Positions 10,017 to 19,997 are shown, counted from the first letter of the stretch. The stretch: DNA of 64,000 nt from an uncultured Holophaga sp. (GCA_963664825.1 OY761614.1:704001-768000); one strand, 5' to 3'. The notes: generated by a model not told the origin, from the sequence alone. Numbers and translations are program-made.

Positions 10017-10955
10017 ATGAACAAAGTCGCATGGTTGTTTCCTGGCCAGGGTTCCCAGGCCGTGGGCATGGGCATGGGCCTAGTGGCCACCGAACCCGCC
10101 GCCACGGCCCTGCTGCGGGAGGCCGACGAGGCCCTGGGCTTTTCCCTCTCCAAGGTGATGGCCGAGGGCCCGGAAGAGACCCTCAAGCTCACCGAGCACA
10201 CCCAACCGGCCATCCTCACCCACAGCAGCATGGTAGTCGCGGCCTATCGTGCCCGCCTTCCCAAGGCCGACTTCGTCGCGGGCCACAGCCTGGGGGAATA
10301 CAGCGCCCTGGTGGCCGTGGGCTCCTTGAACTTCCAGGACGCCGTGCGGACCGTGCGTGAGCGCGGGCGCGCCATGCAGGTGGCCGTGCCCGTGGGCGTG
10401 GGCGCCATGGCTGCCATCATCGGCATGACCGCTTCCGATGTGGAGGCCGGATGCCTCGCAGCGGCCGCCAGCACGGGCAAGATCGTGGTGCCCGCCAACT
10501 TCAATGGCGCCGGCCAAATCGTCATCGCAGGCCACGCGGAGGCCGTGGAGGCCGCCATGGAGATCCTGAAGGCGAAGGGAGCCCGCAAGATGGTGAAGCT
10601 CCCGGTGAGCGCACCCTTCCACAGCCCCCTGATGGAACCCGCCCAGACTCACATGACGCCCGTCCTGCAGGCCCTGGATTTCAAGACGTCGGCATGCCCG
10701 CTGGTGAACAACGTGGACGCTCGCCTGGTCACGGACCCCGAGCAATTGCGCGACGGTCTCGTGAGGCAGATCCCCGGTGCCGTGCGCTGGGAGGCCATTG
10801 TCGCCCTGCTCCTGAGGGAAGGCGTTACCACCTTCCTGGAACTGGGCCCCGGCAAGGTGCTCTCCGGCATCGCCAATCGCATGGCCAAGGAGGCAGGCAT
10901 CGAGATCAAGGCTATGGCCCTCGGCACACCGGAGGATCTGGCCCAGCTGGGCTGA
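10017..10955 (+). CDS. fabD: Malonyl-CoA:ACP transacylase
   Basis: FPGQGSQ, GHSLGEY, VSAPFHS. Confidence 0.97.
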   Translation: MNKVAWLFPGQGSQAVGMGMGLVATEPAATALLREADEALGFSLSKVMAEGPEETLKLTEHTQPAILTHSSMVVAAYRARLPKADFVAGHSLGEYSALVAVGSLNFQDAVRTVRERGRAMQVAVPVGVGAMAAIIGMTASDVEAGCLAAAASTGKIVVPANFNGAGQIVIAGHAEAVEAAMEILKAKGARKMVKLPVSAPFHSPLMEPAQTHMTPVLQALDFKTSACPLVNNVDARLVTDPEQLRDGLVRQIPGAVRWEAIVALLLREGVTTFLELGPGKVLSGIANRMAKEAGIEIKAMALGTPEDLAQLG

Positions 10956-10990
10956 ACCCTTCTTGGCATAACGGAACCCCGGGAATTGCC

Positions 10991-11497
10991 ATGCACGCCA
11001 GTGATGAACCCGCCCCCCAGAGCCTTACCTTGCCCATGCCGCGCTGGCCCTTCCTGTGGCCGGCGCTGCTGGTTCCAGCGTACCTAATTAATCCGGCCTT
11101 CCACCTGACCCGAAGCTGGAACGGGCCCCTGCGTTTCCGCCTGCTGGGCATCCTGCTGGTGGTGGCGAGTCTGGTCTGCGGCGCCTTGCTTTCCGTGGGC
11201 GCGCTGGCCTCCCACCATTGGCGAGAGCTCCGGATCGAACGGGGCTGCATCTTCCTCAAGCCCGCCTTCCAGGTGCCCCACTGGGCCCGGTGGTGCTACA
11301 ACCCAGGACAATCCCGCACCTTCAAGGAGGGTTTCCTGGAATTCTCCCTGGACCAGGCGAGCCTGGAATGGGTGGGGAAGACCCTTCTGCTGCACGGCCA
11401 TCCCGAGATGGATGTGCGCCTGGGGCGAGGCCCGGGTGCCGAGCACATCGCCCAATGGCTAATGGCCCAGGGATTGCCCACTCCCGTGGGGAGATGA
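10991..11497 (+). CDS. Hypothetical membrane protein
   Basis: 168-aa ORF with two hydrophobic segments, fills the gap after fabD. Confidence 0.55.
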   Translation: MHASDEPAPQSLTLPMPRWPFLWPALLVPAYLINPAFHLTRSWNGPLRFRLLGILLVVASLVCGALLSVGALASHHWRELRIERGCIFLKPAFQVPHWARWCYNPGQSRTFKEGFLEFSLDQASLEWVGKTLLLHGHPEMDVRLGRGPGAEHIAQWLMAQGLPTPVGR

Positions 11498-11557
11498 TTT
11501 GGACTTTCCAGGCATAGAGACTGGCGCAGAGCCGTGTTTGGCTGTCAAGATGGAACC

Positions 11558-12196
11558 ATGACAGCGCTTGTCTATCTGCATGGCTTCGCCTCGGGTCCCA
11601 CGGGTCGCAAGGCCGATCATTGCCGGGAATGGGCGGAAGGCCGAGGGATTCCATTCCTGGCCCCGGACCTGAACCTGCCCACCTTCGAGACGCTCACCAT
11701 CAGCGCTCAGGTGGAAGCTGTGGAAGCCCTCCTGGCCACCCTTTCCACACCTCCCGTCATGGTGGGTTCCTCCCTGGGAGGCGTGATCGCCACAGCCGTG
11801 GCCCATCGAGGCGCCACCTTCAAGAAGCTCATCCTGTTGGCGCCCGGACTCGGTTTCGCCAAGCGCCGCCTCTTCTCCACCCGCTGGGCGGGCTATCGCC
11901 AGCATCGCAGACTGCCCGTCTACCATCACGCCTACCAGCGCTGGGTGAAGCTGGGGGCCGCACTGCTGGATGATCTGCCCTTCTGGGCCGATGACGACAC
12001 CTGGCAGGTGCGCACCCCGGTGGTGGTGATCCACGGGCGGAGGGACGAAGCGGTCCCTGCTGCGGAAAGCGAGGCCTTCCTGGCGCGCCACCCTGGGGGG
12101 GTGCTACACCTCATGGATGACGATCACGGGCTCCTGCGGCCCGCAACCTTGGCAGTGCTGGATCTGGAGCTGGAAAAGGCCTTCAGCGAGGAATGA
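11558..12196 (+). CDS. YqiA/YcfP-family alpha/beta hydrolase
   Basis: YLHGFASGP, GSSLGG nucleophile elbow, DDDH. Confidence 0.85.
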   Translation: MTALVYLHGFASGPTGRKADHCREWAEGRGIPFLAPDLNLPTFETLTISAQVEAVEALLATLSTPPVMVGSSLGGVIATAVAHRGATFKKLILLAPGLGFAKRRLFSTRWAGYRQHRRLPVYHHAYQRWVKLGAALLDDLPFWADDDTWQVRTPVVVIHGRRDEAVPAAESEAFLARHPGGVLHLMDDDHGLLRPATLAVLDLELEKAFSEE

Positions 12197-12839
12197 CGAA
12201 GAAGAGCACCGAAACCACATGGCAGGCACTGCCCAAGATCACGAACAAGTGCCAGATGGCATGGTGGTAGGACAGCTTCTTCCAGACATAGAAGAGCACC
12301 CCCGCCGTATAGAAGATGCCGCCTCCGAAGAGCGAAAGGATACCGCCCATGGGCAGGGCCCGGGTCAGGGGCCCGAGGGCCACGGCGATCAGCCAGCCCA
12401 TGGCGATGTAGACGGCGGTGGAGAGCCAGGGCAGCCGAGGGCCGAAGGTGGCCTTGAGGGTGACCCCGATGGCCGCCAGGCCCCAGGCCACGCCGAAGAG
12501 GCTCCATCCCCAGCTGCCCTTGAGCGTGGCCAAGCAGTAGGGCGTGTACGTTCCCGCGATGAGCAGGAAGATCGCCGCATGATCCAGGATATGGAAGACC
12601 TTCTTCACACGGGGGCCGCGGAAGGCATGGTAGAGGGTCGACATGGTGTAGAGCACCACCAGGCAGCCTCCGAAGAGACTCACACCCACCACATGGCGGG
12701 CCGTGCCCTTCAGGGCCGCGCACACCACCATGGCCACCAGAGCCCCAATGGCCAGGGCCACCCCCAGACCGTGAGTCAGGCTATTGGCGAGTTCGAGGCG
12801 CCGGGATTCATCGGGGAATTCTTCCGCATGGCATTCCAT
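12183..12839 (-). CDS. Hemolysin III / PAQR family membrane protein
   Basis: ANSLTHG, STLYH, DHAAIFLLIAGTYTP, HAIWHLFV. Confidence 0.93.
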   Translation of the reverse strand: MECHAEEFPDESRRLELANSLTHGLGVALAIGALVAMVVCAALKGTARHVVGVSLFGGCLVVLYTMSTLYHAFRGPRVKKVFHILDHAAIFLLIAGTYTPYCLATLKGSWGWSLFGVAWGLAAIGVTLKATFGPRLPWLSTAVYIAMGWLIAVALGPLTRALPMGGILSLFGGGIFYTAGVLFYVWKKLSYHHAIWHLFVILGSACHVVSVLFFVIPR

Positions 12840-12890
12840 GCTTCATGATCGCATGGACATGGCCCCGCGTGCGGTGGTCCAACCCTCGAA

Positions 12891-13442
12891 CTAGTCCAGC
12901 CTGTCGAGTTCCAGCAGCCCTTCGGGGGGATCCAGATCGATGCGGCGGTTGGGCAGATCCAGGGTGAACCAGGCCTTGATGAAGGGAATGTCCCGGCGCC
13001 CGGTGCGGCCCTTCCGCAGATCCCGCATCACCACCATGTCGTAATCCATGGGGGTGGGATCCAGGCGCAGCACCTCGCCGACCTTCTCGCCCTTCACGAA
13101 GACCTCGCAGCCGATCCACTGGTGGCGGAAGCTCTCCCCCTCCTCCAGTTCGGCCTGTTCCTCCGGCATCCACAGGGCCCAACCCTTGAAGGGCTCGGCG
13201 GCAGTGCGGTCAGGGATATCCAGGAAGGCCACGCAGGCGCGATCCTGGTGCCAACGGAAGAGGCGCAGCTTCACCAGGCGGGCCGGAGGCGGCGCGATTT
13301 CAAGGAGGTCCAGGGCCATCTCCGGGGGCGCCAGGATGAGCTTTTCCAGGTCCTGGAGCTTCTCGGGCTTATCCATCACCTCGTGGAGCAGGAACTCACC
13401 CTTGAGTCCCTGGATCTTGGCCAGATGGGCGAGGAGGAGCAT
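12891..13442 (-). CDS. rimM: Ribosome maturation factor RimM
   Basis: QGLKGE N-terminal motif, PRC-barrel-like C-terminus (IPFIK...DPPEGLL), synteny after rpsP-KH. Confidence 0.85.
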   Translation of the reverse strand: MLLLAHLAKIQGLKGEFLLHEVMDKPEKLQDLEKLILAPPEMALDLLEIAPPPARLVKLRLFRWHQDRACVAFLDIPDRTAAEPFKGWALWMPEEQAELEEGESFRHQWIGCEVFVKGEKVGEVLRLDPTPMDYDMVVMRDLRKGRTGRRDIPFIKAWFTLDLPNRRIDLDPPEGLLELDRLD

Positions 13443-13744
13443 CAGGGGACCTCGACCCGGGGCGCTCGTTCCCGACTTTCCGGACGCCGCGCGCGACGCT
13501 CGTCCTCTTCTTCGAAGATCTCGAGATTGACCCGCTGGCCCGTCTTTTCGCCAGCCACCTGGCAGAGGGTGCGGAGGGAGCTGATCATCCGCCCGCTCTT
13601 GCCGATGATGCGGCCCCGATCCTTGGGCTCGGCATGGATGAGGACATTGCAGGTGCGGCCCTCTTCCTTCACCTCAATGCGCAGGGCCTCGGGGTGGTCC
13701 AGGAGGGGTGTGAGGACATCGCTAAGGAAGGCTTCCAGGTTCAT
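13442..13744 (-). CDS. khpA: KH-domain RNA-binding protein
   Basis: DRGRIIGKSGRMISSLRTL; position between rpsP and rimM. Confidence 0.85.
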   Translation of the reverse strand: MNLEAFLSDVLTPLLDHPEALRIEVKEEGRTCNVLIHAEPKDRGRIIGKSGRMISSLRTLCQVAGEKTGQRVNLEIFEEEDERRARRPESRERAPRVEVP

Positions 13745-13828
13745 GGAGACTCCAGGGGGAGACTTCAATCTTAGACACACGAAAAGCCGGGACAAGCCCG
13801 GCCTTCCGCACAATCGGAAACAAGATGT

Positions 13829-14071
13829 TTAGAGGACCGCGTTCTTCTTGAAGAGCTCGAGGACGGTCTTGGAGGGGCGGGCACCCTTCTGGATCCAGGC
13901 CTTCGCCTTGTCGGCGTCGATACGAATGACCTCACCGGCGGAGGCGATGGGATTCACGAAACCCAGAATCTCAAGGGCCTGCCCGGTGGGAATGCGATCG
14001 TTTTCGGAGACGACGATGTGATAGAAAGGCCGCTTCTTGGCACCATTGCGAGCGAGACGGATGGACAGCAT
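13829..14071 (-). CDS. rpsP: 30S ribosomal protein S16
   Basis: MLSIRLARNGAKKRPFYHIVV...GARPSKTV. Confidence 0.97.
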   Translation of the reverse strand: MLSIRLARNGAKKRPFYHIVVSENDRIPTGQALEILGFVNPIASAGEVIRIDADKAKAWIQKGARPSKTVLELFKKNAVL

Positions 14072-14130
14072 CAGGAACTCCTAGAGCAGAATAGTCTACC
14101 GGGGAAGAGGGGAAAGCCCAAGCCTGAATA

Positions 14131-15513
14131 TCACGAAAGGCCTGGGAAACCAGGGGCGCCACCTTTGGCCATGGCCTGCATGCGCTTCATGAAGCGGGGG
14201 TCGTTCATCTGGGACATCATCTTCTTCATCTCCAGATATTGTTTGAGTAACTGATTGACCTCCTGGACGGGACGGCCCGCACCGGCAGCCACGCGGCGCT
14301 TGCGCTTGGCGTCCAGCAGCAGGTGGTTGCGGCGTTCCTTGGGGGTCATGGAGGTAAGGATGGCCTCCAGGTGCTTGATCCGCTTGTCGGAGGCGACGGT
14401 GGCGAGCTGTTCCTTGATCTGGCCCATGCCGGGAAGCATGCCCAGGATCTTCTGCATACTGCCCAGCTTCTGCACCTGGCGCATCTGGCTCAGCATGTCC
14501 TCGAGGGTGAACTGGTTCTTCACGAGACGCTTGGCCATGGCCTCCGCGTCCTTCTCGTCGATCTTGTCCTTGGCGTGCTCGATGAGCGTCAGGACATCAC
14601 CCATGCCGAGAATGCGCTGGGCCATGCGATCCGGGTGGAAGCGCTCGAAATCGTCCAGTTTTTCGCCCGAGCCCACGAACTTGATGGGCTTGCCCGTGAC
14701 ATGTTTGACACTGAAGGCCGCGCCACCCCGGGTATCGCCATCGGCCTTGGTGAGGATGACGCCGGTGATGGCCAGCTTCTCGTGGAAGGCCGAGGCCGAA
14801 CGCACCGCGTCCTGGCCCGTCATGGCATCGGCCACGAAGAGGATCTCCGTGGGTTCGCAGGTCGCCTTGATGCGGGCCAGTTCCTCCATCAGGGCGTCAT
14901 CCAGATGGAGGCGCCCCGCGGTATCGAGGATGACCACGTCCCATCCCTTGAGGCGGGCCTCTTCCACGGCGGCTTGGCAGATCTTCACGGGATCGCGCTC
15001 ATCGGTATGGAAGCTGGGCACACCCGCATCCTTGGCGACGATGTGCAGCTGCTCGATGGCCGCGGGCCGATAGACATCGGCCGGCACCAGCAGCGGCGAG
15101 CTGCCATTCTTTTTCAGGAACTTGGCCAACTTGCCGCAGGAGGTGGTCTTGCCCGAACCCTGCAGGCCCGCCATCAGCACCACCGTCGGGGGCTTCAACG
15201 CGAAGTCCAGAGGCTTCTCGGAGGCCGTGCCCCCCATGACCTCCGTGAGTTCCTGGTAGACGATATTGATGAACTGCTGGGCGGGGTTCAGGCCCTGGAG
15301 CACGGCGGCCCCCTTGCCGTCCTGCCCCTGGGAGAGGGCCTTCTCCTTCACACGCTGAAGGAAGGCTCGCGCCACCTGAACGTGGACATCGGCCTCCAGG
15401 AGTGCCATGCGGACTTCGCGCAGCACGTCCTCGAGATTCTTCTCCGTGAGGCGGGATTCGCCCCGGAGGCTCTTCATCGCCTTGGTGAGCTTGTCGGTGA
15501 GGGACTCGAACAT
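14131..15513 (-). CDS. ffh: Signal recognition particle protein
   Basis: GLQGSGKTT, DTAGR, TKADGDTRGGAA, Met-rich M domain. Confidence 0.98.
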   Translation of the reverse strand: MFESLTDKLTKAMKSLRGESRLTEKNLEDVLREVRMALLEADVHVQVARAFLQRVKEKALSQGQDGKGAAVLQGLNPAQQFINIVYQELTEVMGGTASEKPLDFALKPPTVVLMAGLQGSGKTTSCGKLAKFLKKNGSSPLLVPADVYRPAAIEQLHIVAKDAGVPSFHTDERDPVKICQAAVEEARLKGWDVVILDTAGRLHLDDALMEELARIKATCEPTEILFVADAMTGQDAVRSASAFHEKLAITGVILTKADGDTRGGAAFSVKHVTGKPIKFVGSGEKLDDFERFHPDRMAQRILGMGDVLTLIEHAKDKIDEKDAEAMAKRLVKNQFTLEDMLSQMRQVQKLGSMQKILGMLPGMGQIKEQLATVASDKRIKHLEAILTSMTPKERRNHLLLDAKRKRRVAAGAGRPVQEVNQLLKQYLEMKKMMSQMNDPRFMKRMQAMAKGGAPGFPGLS

Positions 15514-15662
15514 GGAACTCCTGGGCCGGTTCGGGGCCAATCATCCATTCTATCGACCCGGGAAGAAGCTTCCAGGTTTGATCCTGGAAACGAAACCCTG
15601 GGACAAAATGCACGAAGGCAGAATTGTCCTCTTGATGCCCCGACTTTCGAACCTAACTTTCC

Positions 15663-15790
15663 GTTTGGGTAAGCAGTCTCGCCCTCTTCACCAAAAAGGG
15701 GCCATAAACCTACGAGCCCCACCGCAGTGGAGGAGTTTAGGATCCTTCACCTGCGAGACCCCAAACTGGGCACCCTCGGGTGCCCTTTTT
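15663..15790 (+). ncRNA. Candidate structured small RNA (~125 nt) with its own promoter and terminator
   Basis: TTGATG-16-TAACTT upstream; closing stems GTTTGGG/CCCAAAC and GTCTCGC/GCGAGAC; terminator GGGCACCC-TC-GGGTGCCC-TTTTT on + strand although both neighbours are on -. Confidence 0.55.
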
Positions 15791-15808
15791 GTTTTCCGTG
15801 ACGACGAC

Positions 15809-17326
15809 TCAATCCTCTTCGGGTTCGCTCTCCCCTGGGGCCATCTTCATCGGGCGCATCAGGGGGAAGAGGATGACATCCCGGATGCTGGTGGAATTGG
15901 TCATGAGCATCACCATTCGGTCGATGCCCACACCCAGACCGCCTGTGGGCGGGAATCCGTGTTCCAGGGAACGAACGAAATCCAGATCCAGCAGCATGGC
16001 CTCGTCGTTGCCCGCTTCGCGCTCGGCCAGCTGGGCTTGGAAGCGCTCCATCTGCACGATGGGGTCGTTGAGCTCCGAATAGGCGTTGGCAAGCTCCATG
16101 CCCGCCATGAAGAGCTCGAAGCGATCCACGAAGGCCGGATCCCCCGGCAGGTTCTTGGTGAGGGGGCTCAGTTCCACCGGGTATTCGGTGATGAAGGTGG
16201 GCTGGATGAGCTGCTTTTCCGCATGGTGTTCGAAGAGATCCCCCAGCAGGGTGCCGGATGACTTCTGGTTCACCTCTTCCACATGGGCCTCCCGGGCCAG
16301 CTCGGCGATATCTGCGGGGTCCTCGAGGCGGGCGCGGTCGATGCCACCATATTCAGCTATGGCGTCCTTCATCGTCATGCGCCGGAAGGGTGCCGCGAAG
16401 GAGATCACGAGGTCGCCGTACGAGCGTTCCACGCTCCCGCAGAGGGTGGCGATTTCCTGGAAGAGGTTCTCGGTGAGCCGCATTACGTCCCGCAAATCAT
16501 CACCGGCCGAGTAGCTCTCCATCATGGTGAATTCGGGGTTGTGCCGCTGATCGATACCCTCGTTGCGGAAGCTGCGGTTGATCTCGAAGACCTTGTCGAA
16601 GCCACCCACGATGAGGCGCTTGAGGTAGAGCTCCGGCGCGATACGCAGGTAGAGATCCATATCCATGGCGTTGTGGTGGGTCACGAAGGGACGTGCCGTG
16701 GCGCCGCCCGGAATGGGCTGGAGCATGGGGGTTTCCACTTCTAGGAAGCCCTGGCCCTCCATGTAGCGGCGCACACCGGCCACGATGCGGCTGCGCATCT
16801 GAAGCGTTTGGAAGACCTCCGGATTGCTCACCAGGTCCAGGTAGCGCCGACGGTAGCGCAGTTCCTTGTCCTGGAGCCCGTGCCACTTCTCGGGGAGGGG
16901 CAGCAGGGCCTTGGAGAGGAACTGGAAGGTATGGACGCGCACCGAGAGTTCGCCGGTCTTGGTGCGCATGAGTATGCCCGTCACACTAATGAAATCGCCC
17001 ATGTCCAGGAGTTTGAGGGCCTCCCAGGCCTGGACATCGCGTTCGTCCAAATCGTTCTTGCGGAAATAGGCCTGGAGCTTCTGGCCATTCTCGCTCAAGT
17101 GCATGAAGACGCTCTTACCCATCTCTCGCACGGCGATGATACGGCCCATGACGCTGAGCTTCACGGGTTCGGCCTCAAACTGCTCACCACTGCACTCCGC
17201 GAAATCCACCACCACCTGGGCGATGCTGTGGGTGCGGGTGGCCTTGGCAGGCCACGCCTCGATGCCCATGGACTTGAGCTTCTCGAGCTTCTCGAGACGG
17301 ACCTGGCGATAGGGGCTTTCCTGCAT
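15809..17326 (-). CDS. lysS: Lysyl-tRNA synthetase (class II)
   Basis: RYRRRYLDL, LRIAPELYLKRL, FRNEGID, GLGVGIDR. Confidence 0.98.
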   Translation of the reverse strand: MQESPYRQVRLEKLEKLKSMGIEAWPAKATRTHSIAQVVVDFAECSGEQFEAEPVKLSVMGRIIAVREMGKSVFMHLSENGQKLQAYFRKNDLDERDVQAWEALKLLDMGDFISVTGILMRTKTGELSVRVHTFQFLSKALLPLPEKWHGLQDKELRYRRRYLDLVSNPEVFQTLQMRSRIVAGVRRYMEGQGFLEVETPMLQPIPGGATARPFVTHHNAMDMDLYLRIAPELYLKRLIVGGFDKVFEINRSFRNEGIDQRHNPEFTMMESYSAGDDLRDVMRLTENLFQEIATLCGSVERSYGDLVISFAAPFRRMTMKDAIAEYGGIDRARLEDPADIAELAREAHVEEVNQKSSGTLLGDLFEHHAEKQLIQPTFITEYPVELSPLTKNLPGDPAFVDRFELFMAGMELANAYSELNDPIVQMERFQAQLAEREAGNDEAMLLDLDFVRSLEHGFPPTGGLGVGIDRMVMLMTNSTSIRDVILFPLMRPMKMAPGESEPEED

Positions 17327-17365
17327 GAGGACTCCAAGACAACCCCTCCAGCTTATCGCGTCTGT

Positions 17366-17399
17366 AAGACAAAGGCCTCGCGGGCGAGGCCTTTGTCTT
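17366..17399. terminator. Terminator-like perfect inverted repeat
   Basis: AAGACAAAGGCCTCGC-GG-GCGAGGCCTTTGTCTT. Confidence 0.75.
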
Positions 17400-17415
17400 G
17401 AGAAGTGGATGGAGG

Positions 17416-17766
17416 CTAGTGAGAGTCGTGGTTCGCCGTGGGTGAGGGCGCGCCCCTGTATTCCACCTTCCGGCTGAAGAAGATCAAATAGAAGCCGTAG
17501 GCGGCCATCAATCCCAGCCCCAGGGCCATCATGCCCGCCAGCAGGGGCTGAAGGCCGACCCAGCCATGGCTCAGCAAGGCCGCCAAGAGGCTCATGTAGC
17601 CATAGCCCGCTAGGAGGCCACCCCAGATCCGGGCCTTATCGGGCGCCTGGGCCACCTCCTCGGGCACGACCCCCATGGGTTCAGAGATTTCCCCGAAGGC
17701 ATGGGTGCCCTGGAAGACGAGCACCGCCGCCAGGAGATAGAAGAAGGTGTAGTTCAACAGATCCAT
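17416..17766 (-). CDS. Small hypothetical membrane protein
   Basis: 116 aa, three hydrophobic segments. Confidence 0.6.
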   Translation of the reverse strand: MDLLNYTFFYLLAAVLVFQGTHAFGEISEPMGVVPEEVAQAPDKARIWGGLLAGYGYMSLLAALLSHGWVGLQPLLAGMMALGLGLMAAYGFYLIFFSRKVEYRGAPSPTANHDSH

Positions 17767-17860
17767 GGGCGCGTCCTCGGTTCCCTTCCCTGCCAGGCCA
17801 TCATACCCATTCGCCGTCGCCCACGCAGGGCTGGAGTCCCGTCCCCAAAAGGGACTTGAC

Positions 17861-17912
17861 TCAATCAATCGATTGATTAACCCTGGAGGTTCTTAATCAA
17901 TCGCTTGATTGA
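17861..17912. promoter_or_regulatory. Tandem palindromic operators upstream of TetR-efflux operon
   Basis: TCAATCAATCGATTGATTAA (17861-17880) and TTAATCAATCGCTTGATTGA (17893-17912) next to a TTGACT -35. Confidence 0.75.
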
Positions 17913-17926
17913 GAACCGAGGTCCCC

Positions 17927-18610
17927 ATGCAACGACTCCCCGAGTCCTCCCAGGATGTCCGCCAACGCCTCCTGGAGGCCGCCATTCACCTCTTCGCCGA
18001 GAAGGGCTACAGCGGCGTCGGCATCCGAGACATCGCCCAGAGGGCCCAAGCCAATAGCGCGATGGTGCAGTACCACTTCGGCGGCAAGGAGGGCCTCTAT
18101 CTGGCTACCATGCACTTCCTCTTCGAGCAGGGCCATGATGCCATCTCCTCCCTGGAGCCGCCTCCCTCCCCGGAGGAGGAGGGGGCCTTCCCCAGGGCCA
18201 TCGTCTGCCTGGAGGCCTACATTCGGGCCTTCCTGGAGGAGGTCTTCGCCTGCCATGCCGGGGAATATTGTTCCCCGGAGATGCAGGCAGCGGCCCAGCT
18301 CTTCCTCACCCGGGAGCTGCTGGATCCTCGGCCGGGCTCCTCGGAGATCATCCTCGGTCATATCCGGCCCCACGTGGATTACATCAACGCCTGCCTGCTC
18401 GTCCTGAGGCCGGACCTGGACGAGGAGGCCCGCTTCCTTGCTGGGAGCAGCATCCAGGCGCAGGTTTCCATCCACTTCCAGCACCGGGCCGTCGTCGGAC
18501 TGCTGAGGGGCGTCCCTTATGGCCCCCAGGACATTGGAAAACTGACCGCCCACATCACCGAATTCAGCCTCCGGGGCCTGGGCCTCGGGGATACCCATCG
18601 AGGAGCCTGA
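17927..18610 (+). CDS. TetR/AcrR-family transcriptional regulator
   Basis: RLLEAAIHLFAEKGY...IRDIA...YHFGGKEGLY HTH. Confidence 0.92.
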   Translation: MQRLPESSQDVRQRLLEAAIHLFAEKGYSGVGIRDIAQRAQANSAMVQYHFGGKEGLYLATMHFLFEQGHDAISSLEPPPSPEEEGAFPRAIVCLEAYIRAFLEEVFACHAGEYCSPEMQAAAQLFLTRELLDPRPGSSEIILGHIRPHVDYINACLLVLRPDLDEEARFLAGSSIQAQVSIHFQHRAVVGLLRGVPYGPQDIGKLTAHITEFSLRGLGLGDTHRGA

Positions 18611-19944
18611 TGATGCTATTTTTCCTCCCCCCACCGGCCCTGGTCGCGGAAGCACCGGCCCAGGCCCCCTTGAACCTGGACATGATCGGCGCCCTGTCCC
18701 GGGCTCGCACGGAGAACCCCAATATCCGCGCCGCCCGGGCCCGGATCGATGAGCGCCGCGGGCTCATCACCAGCACCCGCGCCGACGCCCTGCCCCAGTT
18801 CACCCTCATCGGGGATTTCACCCGCACCCGGGACGTGAGCATGCTCAACAGCGGAATCGGAGGCATCTTCTCGGTCTTCGACGCCTTCCAGACCAAGCCG
18901 GGTGTCACCCTCGCCCCCTTTGACACCAATTCCCTGGTGGCCCCCCGGAACTACTACACGACCCAGGCCACGGCCAGTCAGCCCCTCTTCTACTGGGGGA
19001 AACTCGGCACCGCCATTGAGGTGGCCAAGATGGGGGAAAAAGAAGCCGGCTACGCCTACACCACCGCCGAGTTGGAGATCCTCCATGCCGTGGCAAAGGG
19101 CTACCTAGCCGTGCTCTCCACCCGGGCGGAGCTCGAGGTCATCGAATCCCGGAAGAAGACCGCCGAACAGTTCCTCGCCGATGTGAAGGCCAAGCTGGAG
19201 GCCCAGACGGCCACCGAGCTGGACCGGCTGCGGGCCGAGAGCGAATACCTGGCGGTGGTGCCTGAGAGCCTGCAGGCCGAGGCCAACCACAAGCGGGCCA
19301 TGGAAGTCTTGAACGGTCAGCTCGGCCTGGATCCCAGGACCCCCCTGCAACTCGCCGATCTGGGGCTGCCGCCCCTGGATGACACCTTCGAAGCCAGCGA
19401 ACGCAGCGAGATCGCCCAGCTCCGGCAACAGGAGGCCATGTACCGCGCCAACGACGCCATCATCAAGAGCGATCTCCGACCCAAGTTCGACCTGAACGCC
19501 TCCTATGGCTACCAGGCCGCGAAGACCGACAACCTCTTCAAGGAGCCCTACGACACCTGGAAGGTGAATGTCACCATGCGCTTCCCGATCTTCGACGGCC
19601 TGCGCAGCTCCGGGAAGCGGGCCCAGAACAGGGCCCAGCTCGAGCAGGTCCGCCAGACGCGCCTGGACAAGGAGCGCTCCATCGCGGTGGAGAAGAGCAC
19701 GGCGGTGCGCGAACTGGAGAAGGCCCTCGCCTTCTTTGAAGCCGCCAAGAAGGCCTATGCCGCGGGGCTGGAAGCGCTGCGCATGAGCCGGGAGTCCTTC
19801 GAACAGGGCCTCATCACCTCCCTGGATCTCCTCCAGGCCGAGCGCACGGAGCGCCAGCTGGAGAGCCAGCGGCGGCGCGCCGAGCTGGGTCTCTGGACGG
19901 CCCGCTTCGAATACCGCCGTTCCTACGGCCTGCCTCCCCTTTGA
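18610..19944 (+). CDS. TolC-family outer membrane efflux protein
   Basis: Duplicated OEP repeats; operon context. Confidence 0.88.
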   Translation: MMLFFLPPPALVAEAPAQAPLNLDMIGALSRARTENPNIRAARARIDERRGLITSTRADALPQFTLIGDFTRTRDVSMLNSGIGGIFSVFDAFQTKPGVTLAPFDTNSLVAPRNYYTTQATASQPLFYWGKLGTAIEVAKMGEKEAGYAYTTAELEILHAVAKGYLAVLSTRAELEVIESRKKTAEQFLADVKAKLEAQTATELDRLRAESEYLAVVPESLQAEANHKRAMEVLNGQLGLDPRTPLQLADLGLPPLDDTFEASERSEIAQLRQQEAMYRANDAIIKSDLRPKFDLNASYGYQAAKTDNLFKEPYDTWKVNVTMRFPIFDGLRSSGKRAQNRAQLEQVRQTRLDKERSIAVEKSTAVRELEKALAFFEAAKKAYAAGLEALRMSRESFEQGLITSLDLLQAERTERQLESQRRRAELGLWTARFEYRRSYGLPPL

Positions 19945-19997
19945 GCCGGAAGGCCCTGAACCCCATCGTCGCGAACCCACGCTTTCGAGGTACGACC

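Noticed and set aside
15663..15790. SRP RNA (ffs) or 6S RNA next to ffh
   Set aside because: I could not find the SRP helix-8 signature on either strand, and it is short and branched for a 6S RNA; left as an unassigned candidate.
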